Below, one piece after another: positions 28,592 to 37,761 of a DNA stretch of 64,000 bases (position 1 is its first letter; every line of letters begins with the position of its first letter). The translations under genes were made by a program, and so were the position numbers. The stretch covers positions 1 to 64,000 of the forward strand of contig JBEKYR010000031.1 in NCBI GenBank assembly GCA_049510745.1, given 5' to 3'. The notes under the pieces were generated by a model. It had not been told where the DNA came from. It made no database searches and worked only from the letters and a program-made list of their open reading frames with translations. The DNA is from Verrucomicrobiota bacterium. GTDB taxonomy: Bacteria > Verrucomicrobiota > Verrucomicrobiia > Limisphaerales > Palsa-1400.

Positions 28592-30962
28592 TCAGCGCAC
28601 CTGGAGGCGGTAGAACTGGGCGCCCAGGGCTGGATTGGGGTTGACAAAACAGTTCGTCCCGCCCTCAAGGGTGCATGTGCCGATGACCTGCCAGTTCAAC
28701 AAATCAGCGGAAGACTCGATGTTCACCGGCAGGTTGGTAAGACCGGTGATCCCGAAACCGAATTGGCCGGCGTTCAGACTGGGTGGCTGTAACATCGGCG
28801 CTGCTGAACTGGCCGGAAATCCTTTCCGGATGGTGTTGTTGAAAGTGTCCGTCACATAGAGGTTGCCCGCGCTGTCCACCGCCACGCCGTAAGGGTTATT
28901 AAACCCCGCGTTGCTCCCCGTCCCGTCCGCGCTGGCACTCCAGCCCGGCCATCCCGCCAGCGTCGTCACCACCCAATTCGTTCCGACCGGCGTCACTTCC
29001 CGGATCGTGGAGTTCCAGGAGTCCGTCACATAGACGTTGCCCGCCAAGTCCACCGTCAAGTAAGACGGGTTGGAAAACTGCGCGGCGCTGTTCGTCCCGT
29101 CCGCGCTGCCAGAAGTTCCCGCCAGTCCGGCCAGAGTGGTCACCTCCCAACTCGCGCCGACCGGCGTCACTTTCCGGATCGTGTTGTTGCCCGAGTCCGC
29201 CACATAGACGTTGCCCGCGCTGTCCAGCGCCACGTCGCCAGGACCATTAAACCGCGCGGCGCTCCCCGTGCCGTCATTCGTACCAGTACTGCCCGCCAGT
29301 CCGGCCAGGGTCGTCACCACGCCCGCCGACGTCACTTTCCGGATCGTCGAGTTGTTATAATCTGCCACATAGACGTTGCCATTGGTGTCCACCGCCACGC
29401 CGGTAGGATAACTAAACCGCGCGTTGCTCCCCGTCCCGTTCTGGCTGCCCGTAACACCAGCCAGTCCGGCCAGGGTCGTCACCACGCCCGCCGACGTCAC
29501 TTTCCGGATCGTCGAGTTGTTACAATCTGCCACATAGACGTTGCCCGCGTTGTCCACCGCCACGCCGGCAGGCTCATTAAACAGTGACACCCGCCAGTCC
29601 GGCCAAGGTCGTCACCATGCCCGCCGGCGTCACTTTCCGGAGGGTCGAGTTTAGCTCCTCCGCCACATAAAGGTTGCCATTGGTGTCCACCGCCACACCG
29701 TCCGGCAAGTTAAACCGCGCGGCGCTCCCCGGCCCGTCCGCGCTGCCAGGACAGCCCGCCAGTCCCGCTAGCGTCGTCACCACGCCCGCCGACGTCACTT
29801 CCCGGATCGTGTTGTTGATCGTGTCCGCCACATAGACGGTGCCATTGGTGTCCACCGCCACGCCTTGAGGCCAGTAAAACTGCGCCGCGCTCCCCGTGCC
29901 GTCATTCGTACCAGTACTGCCCGCCAGTCCGGCCAGGGTCGTCACCACGCCCGCCGGCGTCACTTTCCGGATCGTCGAGTTGGCATAATCTGCCACATAG
30001 ACGTTGCTCGCGTTGTCCACCGCCACGCTACTAGGATAATCAAACCGGGCGGCGCTCCCAGTACCGTTCTGGCTGCCAGTAACACCCGCCAGGCCGGCCA
30101 GGGTCGTCACCACCCAATTCATTCCGTCGGGCGTCATTTTCCGGATCGTGCTGTTCTGGTGGTCCGCCACATAGAGGTTGCCCGCGCTGTCCACCGCCAT
30201 GCCGGCAGGATAATGAAACCGCGCGGCGCTCCCGGTCCCGTCCGCGCTGCCGGCACTGCCCGCCAGCCCGGCCAGGGTCGTCACCACGCCCGCCGGCGTC
30301 ACTTCCCGGATTGTGTCGTTGTCCCTGTCCGCCACATAGAGGTTGCCCGCGCTGTCCACCGCCACACCCCGAGGATAATTAAACCGCGCGGCGCTCCCCG
30401 TGCCGTCATTCGTGCCAGAACTGCCCGCCAGTCCGGCCAGGGTCGTCACCACGCCCGCCGGCGTCACTTTCCGGATCGTGTTGTTGCCGCCGTCCGTCAC
30501 ATAGACGTTGCCATTGGCGTCCACCGCCACGCGGCCAGGATCATTAAACCGCGCGTTGCTCCCCGTCCCATCCGCGCTGCCGGCAACGCCCGCCAGTCCG
30601 GCCAGGGTCGTCACCACCCAATTCGTTCCGACTGGCCTCACTTTCCGGATCGTGTTGTTCTGGTCGTCCCCCACATAGAGGTTGCCCGCGCTGTCCACCG
30701 CCACCCCCATAGGCTGCGCGAACCGCGCGGCGCTGTTCGTCCCGTCCGCGCTGCCAGAGCCGCTGTCCCCGGCCAGGGTGGTGAAGGTGTAGGGAGTGGC
30801 GTAATTGGCCTGGCCAAAGGCGGCCAGGGGCAGGACGGCCAGCCAGAGCAGGGCGCCCGGCAAATTCCCGGCCAGCCGCCGGAAAAGACTATCGGGTTTC
30901 GTCATGTATCCAGTGCCGGACCAGCGTCCGGCGCGATTTGAAGGGACAACGTTCTTTTTCAT
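28592..30962 (-). pseudogene. Secreted NHL-repeat protein split by a frameshift near 29583 (ORFs ending at 29577 and 28592)
   Basis: Repeats F..P.GVAVD..GNVYVAD..N.TIRKVT..GVVTTLAG run through both ORFs; at the junction ACT G TTT stands where sister repeats have ACG + 11 codons + TTT. Confidence 0.8.
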
Positions 30963-31043
30963 TGTTTGTGATCTTTTGTTTTGAATTGGTCCTCCGACCA
31001 GGACGCGCTTCGGGCCTCCTTGGCCCCGCTGTGGGGTCTGCCA

Positions 31044-31163
31044 AAAGAGGACTTCTTCGCGGTCATCAGCCGGTTTCATAGGCGAAGGCGTTGGTGCCTT
31101 CACTCATACATGCGCATTCGGGCGGGAAAAAGTATGGAGGCATTTCAGAAATCTTTTTCGCCA
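31044..31163 (-). repeat. Direct repeat copy A (kinase promoter and first codons)
   Basis: Highly similar to 34544-34663 at offset 3500; shared block ttggtgccttcactcatacatgcg. Confidence 0.9.
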
Positions 31164-31213
31164 GTCCACTTCCTGCAAATCAGCGAGGGGCGTCCGGCCT
31201 CACTGAAATCAGG

Positions 31214-34200
31214 TCACCGGGTCCCTGCCTTTTCGGCATCTGCGATCTCCGCCCATGACGGAGCGCGCCAGAAATGAACCACCCCATCGCGCCCGCCGGT
31301 CGCCAGGATTTTGTCATCGGGCGAGAATTGGACGAAATACTGAGGAACATCGGTTTTAAAAGTGAGGATTTCACGGTCGGTCTCCAGGTCCCAAAGTTTT
31401 ACCGCCGGATCGTCACTGCCGCTGGCCAAGGTCCGCCCATCGCTGGAAAAGGCCAGTTGTATGACACCTGTCTTGTGTCCGGTTAGAGTTGCCACTTCCT
31501 TTTTCGCGTTAAGGTCGCAAACTTCGATGCTGCCGTCCCAACTCCCCGCGGCGAACAGGCCACGGCTGGAGAAAGCCAGGGCGGCAACGGGATCCCTGAA
31601 ACCAGCCACGGTCCAAATCACCTGCCGCTTCTGCAAATCCCACAGTTTGGCCGTCAGGTCATAATGCCCCGAGGCGAGCAGCTTGCTGTCCGGCGAGAAC
31701 AACAGACACCGGGCCGTTGTTACCGGAAGCTCGAACAGAGCTTTACCGGTGAGAAGGTCATTCACGACAATTCGGCCAGGGTGCGAGGTCGCAACCAGTT
31801 TGCCATCGGGCGAAAGGGCGGAATCAAAGATTCTGCTTACAGGAGTGGCGACCGTCGTGGACGCGAGCAGCGATTGCGTTGAAAGGTCCCACTGTCGAAG
31901 CAGCGTCAATGATTCGTCGCGTGTGATTAGACTTTTGCCATCAGCCGAAAAGACCACCGGGTAACCCTCCATGTCCCGGCCAGCCTGGACTTGTCCAGTG
32001 GATGTCTCCCAAAGCCTGACGCCGCCGCCAACAGTGGTGGCCGCCAGGCGTTTTCCGTCTGGGGAAAAAACCGGCAATCCAACGTGGTCGAATCGATCCA
32101 TGGCGATATTGGTAATGGTATTTTGTTCTCTTGAGGCCGAAGGATTCCAAAGCATGACTGTATCGTCCAAACTGCCGCTGGCCAGCGACCTGCCATCGGG
32201 TGAAAACGTCACAGCCCAAACCTCTTTCCCATGTCCACGCAGACTTCCCAGCATCTGGCAGCTTGGGATCTCCCACAGAGTAATATCATGGGTCTTGTTC
32301 CCGGTTGCCAGAAGCCGGCCGTCCGGAGAAAAGGCGACGCTAAGAATTGCAGCGATGGCTTTTGATAGAATCGCCGGCCTTTGCTTGGTCAACTCCCACA
32401 GCCCCGTAACCCCGGAACCGGCGCCCCAGGCCAGGAAGCGTCCATCCGGCGAAAACGCCAAAGAAAGGACGTTTTCGCTGGAATAGGAATTGAATGGCTT
32501 TAAGTCTTCGAGACGCCACAGTTTGATCAATCCGCCCCCGTTGGCGGTCGCGAGGATTTTGCCGTCGGGAGAAAACGCAACCCGGCCCCCCGGCTCGGGC
32601 AAGACGGACATCATCCGGCCGGCAGCGTAGTTCCACAGTTGCACGGGACCGTCTGTTTCACCATAGATGTTACCACCCGTCGCGATGGCCAGAAGACCGC
32701 CTGAAATGGCCAGGTAGGCTGCGTGGTTTGTCGTAGTGATGGTGAGAACGATCTGATGCGTCCGGGCATCCCATAATCGAACCAAGCCGTCCGCACCCCC
32801 GCTGGCAAATAACTTTCCATCGGGCGAGAAAGCCACGGACATAACCTCGGCGGAATGGCCGGCGCAATTGGCGATGAGTTCGCCGGTTATCGCATTCCAA
32901 AGTCTCACCGTGTGATCCGAACTGCCGGAGGCCAGCATCGTTCCGTCCGGTGAATAGGCGACGCAATTGACGTAATTCGAGTGGCCAACCAACGTCTTAA
33001 GCTGCTCGCCCCGGCTCTTGCCCCACAGGTAACGCCATTCGAAGCCGCGCAGGTCTTCCTGCCCGGGTTCAGGTTGATGTTGCGCGAGCATCCGGCGAGC
33101 GAGGCCAAAGTTTCCATCCTCCAAGGCGAGGTTCGCCGCGATCAGGTCCGAGGCGTAGGCGTTTCGCCGGGTGGCAGCTTCCCGCGCGTCGGCAAGCTGG
33201 CGCAAGCGGCTTTGCTCCCGCTCGGCCTCCAGGGTCTGTTGATGGGCTTTCTTCTCCTGAACGAACATCCAGGTAGAAACGCCCAAGCCGAGGATGAGCG
33301 CCGCAGTCACGGCACTGGCAGCAATGAAGGCCAGCTTGTTGCGCCGCACCATTTTCTGAAACAGATACATCTTGCCCGGCGGCCGGGCCAGCACAGGCTC
33401 GTTGCCGATGTGCCGCTCAAGGTCCGCAGCCAACCCGCTGGCCGTCTCGTAACGCCGTGTTCGATCCTTCTCCAGACACTTCATCACGATCCAATCCAAG
33501 TCCCCGCGCACCAGATTCAGCAGCTTGGGCGCATCGGTCTGACGGCGCTTGGCCGTGGTCGTCAACTCGCCTTCGCCCAGGGTGGTCAGGCGGGTGCTCG
33601 GCCGTCGCGGTTCCTCTTCGCGGATGGTCCGGCGCATCTCTTCAATCCCCTTGGCCAGCAATTCCTTTGCGTCAAACGGCGTCTTGCCTGTCAACAACTC
33701 GTAGAGCAACACCCCAAGGCTGTAGATGTCGCTGCGGGTGTCGATGTCCAGCCCGGCCATCTCGGCTTGTTCCGGACTCATGTACGCCGGCGTGCCGATC
33801 ATTTGCTCCAGCGCCGTGTAAATGGTTTTCTCGGTCAACCGCTGCTCCGTCGCCTTGGCCACCCCAAAATCAATCACTTTCGGCACCGCGACGCCATCGT
33901 GTATGGCCACCAGAATGTTCGACGGTTTGATATCCCGATGAATCACTCCCTTCTGATGCGCGTGCTGGACGGCATGGCAAATCTGGACGAACAAATCCAA
34001 CCGCTCCCCGGTGGAGAGGTTGTTCTGGTCGCAGTAATCGGTGATTTTAATCCCCTGCACCAGTTCCATCACAAAGAACGGACGGCCTTTGTCCGTGGCG
34101 CCCGCGTCGAACACCTTGGCGATATTGGGATGGTCCATCAGCGCCAGGGCCTGCCGTTCGGCCTCGAAACGAGCCAACACTTGTTTGCTGTCCATCCCCG

Positions 34201-34579
34201 GCCGGATGACCTTGAGGGCCACCCGCCGTTTGACCGGCTCCTCCTGCTCGGCCAGATAGACGACACCGCAGCCGCCTTCGCCAATTTGCTGGAGGAGACA
34301 ATAGCGGCCAATCTTGTCGCCCGGCTTCTCGGCGAGAGGGTCCGAAGGGGTGGCGGTTTGCCCCGGCAATGGAATGGCCAGTTCTTTCAAGAAGTCGCCC
34401 GCCGGCGGTTCGAGGAATGGGTCGGGACTCTCATGGGCCTTAAGAAGCGCTGCGAGCCTGGCGCGAAGCGCCGCGTTCTCCGCGCAGGCCCGGTCAAGGT
34501 AGTTTTCGCGCTCCGGGCCACTCGTCCGTTGCAGCGCCTCGCGAAAGAGGACTTCTTCCCTGTCGTCAGCCGGTTTCAT
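31214..34579 (-). CDS. Hanks-type Ser/Thr kinase with TM helix, coiled coil and WD40 repeats (alternative GTG start 34603)
   Basis: IGEGGCGVVY, VALKVI, HRDIKPSN, DFG, GTPAYMSPEQ, DIYSLG; many GH...VAFSPDG..LASG..D..V.LW repeats. Confidence 0.95.
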   Translation of the reverse strand: MKPADDREEVLFREALQRTSGPERENYLDRACAENAALRARLAALLKAHESPDPFLEPPAGDFLKELAIPLPGQTATPSDPLAEKPGDKIGRYCLLQQIGEGGCGVVYLAEQEEPVKRRVALKVIRPGMDSKQVLARFEAERQALALMDHPNIAKVFDAGATDKGRPFFVMELVQGIKITDYCDQNNLSTGERLDLFVQICHAVQHAHQKGVIHRDIKPSNILVAIHDGVAVPKVIDFGVAKATEQRLTEKTIYTALEQMIGTPAYMSPEQAEMAGLDIDTRSDIYSLGVLLYELLTGKTPFDAKELLAKGIEEMRRTIREEEPRRPSTRLTTLGEGELTTTAKRRQTDAPKLLNLVRGDLDWIVMKCLEKDRTRRYETASGLAADLERHIGNEPVLARPPGKMYLFQKMVRRNKLAFIAASAVTAALILGLGVSTWMFVQEKKAHQQTLEAEREQSRLRQLADAREAATRRNAYASDLIAANLALEDGNFGLARRMLAQHQPEPGQEDLRGFEWRYLWGKSRGEQLKTLVGHSNYVNCVAYSPDGTMLASGSSDHTVRLWNAITGELIANCAGHSAEVMSVAFSPDGKLFASGGADGLVRLWDARTHQIVLTITTTNHAAYLAISGGLLAIATGGNIYGETDGPVQLWNYAAGRMMSVLPEPGGRVAFSPDGKILATANGGGLIKLWRLEDLKPFNSYSSENVLSLAFSPDGRFLAWGAGSGVTGLWELTKQRPAILSKAIAAILSVAFSPDGRLLATGNKTHDITLWEIPSCQMLGSLRGHGKEVWAVTFSPDGRSLASGSLDDTVMLWNPSASREQNTITNIAMDRFDHVGLPVFSPDGKRLAATTVGGGVRLWETSTGQVQAGRDMEGYPVVFSADGKSLITRDESLTLLRQWDLSTQSLLASTTVATPVSRIFDSALSPDGKLVATSHPGRIVVNDLLTGKALFELPVTTARCLLFSPDSKLLASGHYDLTAKLWDLQKRQVIWTVAGFRDPVAALAFSSRGLFAAGSWDGSIEVCDLNAKKEVATLTGHKTGVIQLAFSSDGRTLASGSDDPAVKLWDLETDREILTFKTDVPQYFVQFSPDDKILATGGRDGVVHFWRAPSWAEIADAEKAGTR

Positions 34580-34663
34580 AGGCCAAGGTGTTGGTGCCTT
34601 CACTCATACATGCGTCATTTAGGCGGAAAAAGTATGGATGATTTTCACGCATTCCTTTCGCCA
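34544..34663 (-). repeat. Direct repeat copy B (native kinase promoter and first codons)
   Basis: Partner of 31044-31163. Confidence 0.9.
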
Positions 34664-34707
34664 CTGGCCCCGCTTCAACCAGCGCCGGGGCGGGAGGCTA
34701 ACCGACT

Positions 34708-35271
34708 TCAACCACCCGCGCGCATCGCCACCGCCAGCCAGGCCCGGGCGTAGGCCCACCATTCCTTCGCCGTCGGTACGGCGATGCCCAGCACCGAGGC
34801 CGCCTCTTCGAACGTCATCCCCGCGAAGTAGCGCAGCTTCACCAATTCAGCCTGACGCGGATGGATGGCGGCAAACTGCTCCAGGACCTCATCGACCGCC
34901 AGCAGTCTCTCGTCGTCGTCCGCTACGAGAGGAATCTCTGCCTCATCCAGTTCGACGCGGTCCGCTCCACCACCGCGCTTCAGGGCCGTCCGCCGCCGCG
35001 CGCGCTCGACCAGAATCCGGCGCATCGCTTCGGCCGCCGCGGCGAAGAAATGGGCGCGATTCTTCCACGCCGGCTGGGCATCAGCGCCCAGCCGCAACCA
35101 GGCCTCGTGAACGAGCGCGGTGGGTTGCAGGGTTTGGCCGGGCGCCTCCTGGGCCATCTTGTGGGCGGCGAGTCTGCGCAACTCTTCATAGACCAGCGGA
35201 AACAGTTCCCCGGCAGGCGGCGGTTCGCCTCCCTCCATGTGCTCCTCACTTTTGGGAACGTCAATCCTCAT
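34708..35271 (-). CDS. ECF sigma factor, TIGR02999/STK-associated type
   Basis: LFPLVYEELRRLA, TLQPTALVHEAWLRL, RAHFFAAAAEAMRRILV, KRGGG, LVKLRYFAG, WAYARAWL. Confidence 0.93.
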   Translation of the reverse strand: MRIDVPKSEEHMEGGEPPPAGELFPLVYEELRRLAAHKMAQEAPGQTLQPTALVHEAWLRLGADAQPAWKNRAHFFAAAAEAMRRILVERARRRTALKRGGGADRVELDEAEIPLVADDDERLLAVDEVLEQFAAIHPRQAELVKLRYFAGMTFEEAASVLGIAVPTAKEWWAYARAWLAVAMRAGG

Positions 35272-35483
35272 GGCATCGGTGCTGGCATTCCTTTTCCAAG
35301 AGCTTGAACTGCGGGCGAGGCGTTGGCTGAACTGGGTCAGCGTCTCGTGTCCGTAGCGGCAGCCTGTGTATAAGACCGCCTAAAACTTGTCAAGATATAA
35401 AGAATAATCATTTATAATTGGCAGTGCGCCTGCGCCCTCTTGGCCGCCATGCGTCCGACCGCGAAAATGTTGGCGTTTTTTTC

Positions 35484-35512
35484 TTGATCTTTTCGCGCGA
35501 AGAGCCGATACT
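35484..35512 (+). promoter_or_regulatory. Sigma70-type promoter upstream of the 6S RNA/rarA cluster
   Basis: TTGATC-17 nt-GATACT. Confidence 0.5.
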
Positions 35513-35572
35513 CGTGGTAGAAAACGCACCGGAGAGCGTGCGGCCGTTCTTTTACAAATAACATGGGAATTT

Positions 35573-35749
35573 ACCCTGCCATGTTCGTGATTAAAAACAC
35601 AGTCCTTGAACCGTAAATCAGTCCAAAGTGAGCCTTAACCTCGGTTGTGGCCGACAGGCCTTGACTGGACGTCGAAAGCGATCGACTCGGCTCTATCTGT
35701 TCCTAGTGACGTTCACAGGAACCGTTTTTACACGGCATTACGGCGGGGT
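35573..35749 (+). ncRNA. ssrS: 6S RNA (SsrS)
   Basis: 5' accctgccatgttcgtg pairs with 3' cacggcattacggcggggt; A-rich bubble, then ccttgaac pairing with gttcacagg; ~177 nt; upstream of rarA, 5-formylTHF cyclo-ligase and rny, which are typical 6S neighbours. Confidence 0.8.
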
Positions 35750-35806
35750 TTTTTTGCCCGCTCCTTCGCGCTTGGTGCCCTGTCCTTTTTCTGCTATTTT
35801 CTTTTC

Positions 35807-37177
35807 GTGACAGGAAAAGATTTGTTTTCCGCCGCCGACGCCGCCCCGGCCGGGGACGAGGTCAGGGCCTTCGCCGCCCAGCCGCTGGCCGCCCGCATGC
35901 GCCCGCGCCATCTGGACGAGTTCGCCGGCCAGCGGCACTTCCTGGCCCCGGGACAATTGCTGCGCCGCGCCATCGAGGCGGACCGCATTCAGTCCCTCAT
36001 TTTTTATGGGCCGCCCGGAACGGGCAAGACCTCGCTGGCCCAGATCATTGCCCGCCAGACCCGCGCCAAGTTCGAGCGCCTCAGCGGCGTTGACTCCAAC
36101 GTGGCCGACATGCGCCGCGTCCTGGCCGCGGCCTCCAACCGCCTGGAAAACACCGGCCAATCGACCATTCTGTTCATCGACGAAATTCACCGGTTCAACA
36201 AGGCGCAGCAGGACGTGTTGCTGCCGGAGGTCGAGAGCGGCATCGTGCGCTTGATCGGGGCCACGACGCACAATCCGTTTTTCTTCGTCAATTCGCCCCT
36301 GGTTTCGCGCTCGCAGATCTTCGAACTGACCCCGCTGTCGGAAGAGGACCTGCTCCAATTGCTGCGCCGCGCCCTGGCCGACGCCGAGCGCGGCTTGGGC
36401 CGGATGAACATCCGGGCCGATGACGACGCTCTGCGCCACCTGGCCAAAGTGGCCGACGGCGACGCGCGCAAGGCGCTCAATTCCATCGAGATCGCCGCCT
36501 TAACCACCCCGCCCGACAGCGCCGGCCAAATCCACCTCGACCTTGCCGCGGCCGAACAGTGCATTCAGAAAAAGGCGATTGTCTATGACGCGGACGGCGA
36601 CGCGCATTACGACACGATTTCGGCCTTCATCAAGTCGATGCGCGGGAGCGACCCGGATGCGGCGTTATACTGGCTGGCCAAGATGATCCACGCGGGCGAA
36701 GACCCGCGCTTTATCACCCGGCGCCTCTTGATTTGCGCCGCCGAGGACGTCGGCCTGGCGGACCCGATGGCCCTGGTCCTGGCGAGCGCCGCGCATCAGG
36801 CGGCTGAGTTTGTCGGCTGGCCCGAAGCGCGCATTCCGATTGCGGAAGCAGTCCTTTACATTGCCACCGCCCACAAAAGCAACAGCGCCTGTCTGGCCAT
36901 CGACGCCGCGCTGGAGGATGTCCGCTCCGGCCGGACTCTGCCCGTTCCGCAACGGCTGCGCGACGCCAATTACGCCGGCGCCCAACGGCTGGGGCACGGG
37001 GCCGATTACCAATACGCCCACGATTTTCCCGGCCATTTCGTGCCCCAGGATTATCTGGGGGCGGCCCGGACGTATTACGAACCGACCGATCAAGGCTCGG
37101 AAAAGAAGATCAAGGAACGGCTGGAAAAATGGCGCGAACAGCTCGAGGCCGCGCGCCGCCAGCCGCCCGCGCCATGA
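35807..37177 (+). CDS. rarA: Replication-associated recombination protein A (MgsA/RarA AAA+ ATPase)
   Basis: PLAARMRP, GPPGTGKT, FIDEIHRFNKAQQD, HYDTISAFIKSMRGSDPDAA, EDVGLADP, YAHD. Confidence 0.96.
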   Translation: MTGKDLFSAADAAPAGDEVRAFAAQPLAARMRPRHLDEFAGQRHFLAPGQLLRRAIEADRIQSLIFYGPPGTGKTSLAQIIARQTRAKFERLSGVDSNVADMRRVLAAASNRLENTGQSTILFIDEIHRFNKAQQDVLLPEVESGIVRLIGATTHNPFFFVNSPLVSRSQIFELTPLSEEDLLQLLRRALADAERGLGRMNIRADDDALRHLAKVADGDARKALNSIEIAALTTPPDSAGQIHLDLAAAEQCIQKKAIVYDADGDAHYDTISAFIKSMRGSDPDAALYWLAKMIHAGEDPRFITRRLLICAAEDVGLADPMALVLASAAHQAAEFVGWPEARIPIAEAVLYIATAHKSNSACLAIDAALEDVRSGRTLPVPQRLRDANYAGAQRLGHGADYQYAHDFPGHFVPQDYLGAARTYYEPTDQGSEKKIKERLEKWREQLEAARRQPPAP

Positions 37178-37761
37178 ATTCCAAAGCCGATCTCCGCCGC
37201 AGCCTGCGCGCCGCCATCGACCGCCTGGGCGCGGCCGAACGCGCCGCCGCCTCCGCCCAGGCCCGGAACCTCTTGCGCCGCCAACCCGTTTGGACCAGCG
37301 CGCAAGCCATCCTCTTTTATGCCCCGATCGCGGGCGAAATCGATTTGACTCTCTTGCTGGAGGAAGCGGTCGCGGCGGGCAAGGCGGTGGCCCTGCCGGG
37401 TTTTGTGGCCCGCACGGGAACCTACGACGCCTTTCAAATCTCTCACCTCGGACGCGATTGTGTTCCCGGCAAGCTCGGCATCTCCGAACCGTCCCCGTCC
37501 TGCCCGGCTTTTCCGCTGAACCGGCTGGACTTGGCGCTGGTGCCCGGGTTAGGATTTGACTTGTCCGGCCACCGCCTGGGCCGGGGCAGGGGATTCTATG
37601 ATCGCCTGCTGGCGGGCCTGGCGGGGACCAAATGCGGGGTCGCCTTCGATCCGCAGATTGTGGCGCGGGTTCCGGCGGAGACACACGATATTCGCATGAA
37701 TTTTATACTGACACCGACGCGGTGGCTGGCGGTTTCCGGGCCGGGGGCGGAGCAGCCATGA
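37174..37761 (+). CDS. 5-formyltetrahydrofolate cyclo-ligase
   Basis: KADLRR, GISEP, LVPGLGFDLSGHRLGRGRGFYDRLL, ETHDIRM. Confidence 0.93.
   Translation: MNSKADLRRSLRAAIDRLGAAERAAASAQARNLLRRQPVWTSAQAILFYAPIAGEIDLTLLLEEAVAAGKAVALPGFVARTGTYDAFQISHLGRDCVPGKLGISEPSPSCPAFPLNRLDLALVPGLGFDLSGHRLGRGRGFYDRLLAGLAGTKCGVAFDPQIVARVPAETHDIRMNFILTPTRWLAVSGPGAEQP

Noticed and set aside
30963..31103. N-terminal extension of the NHL ORF (MKAPTPSPMKPADDREE...) as a true kinase-NHL fusion
   Set aside because: Only ~20-30 kinase-like codons are present, and the signal peptide lies further downstream; treated as a duplicated remnant.
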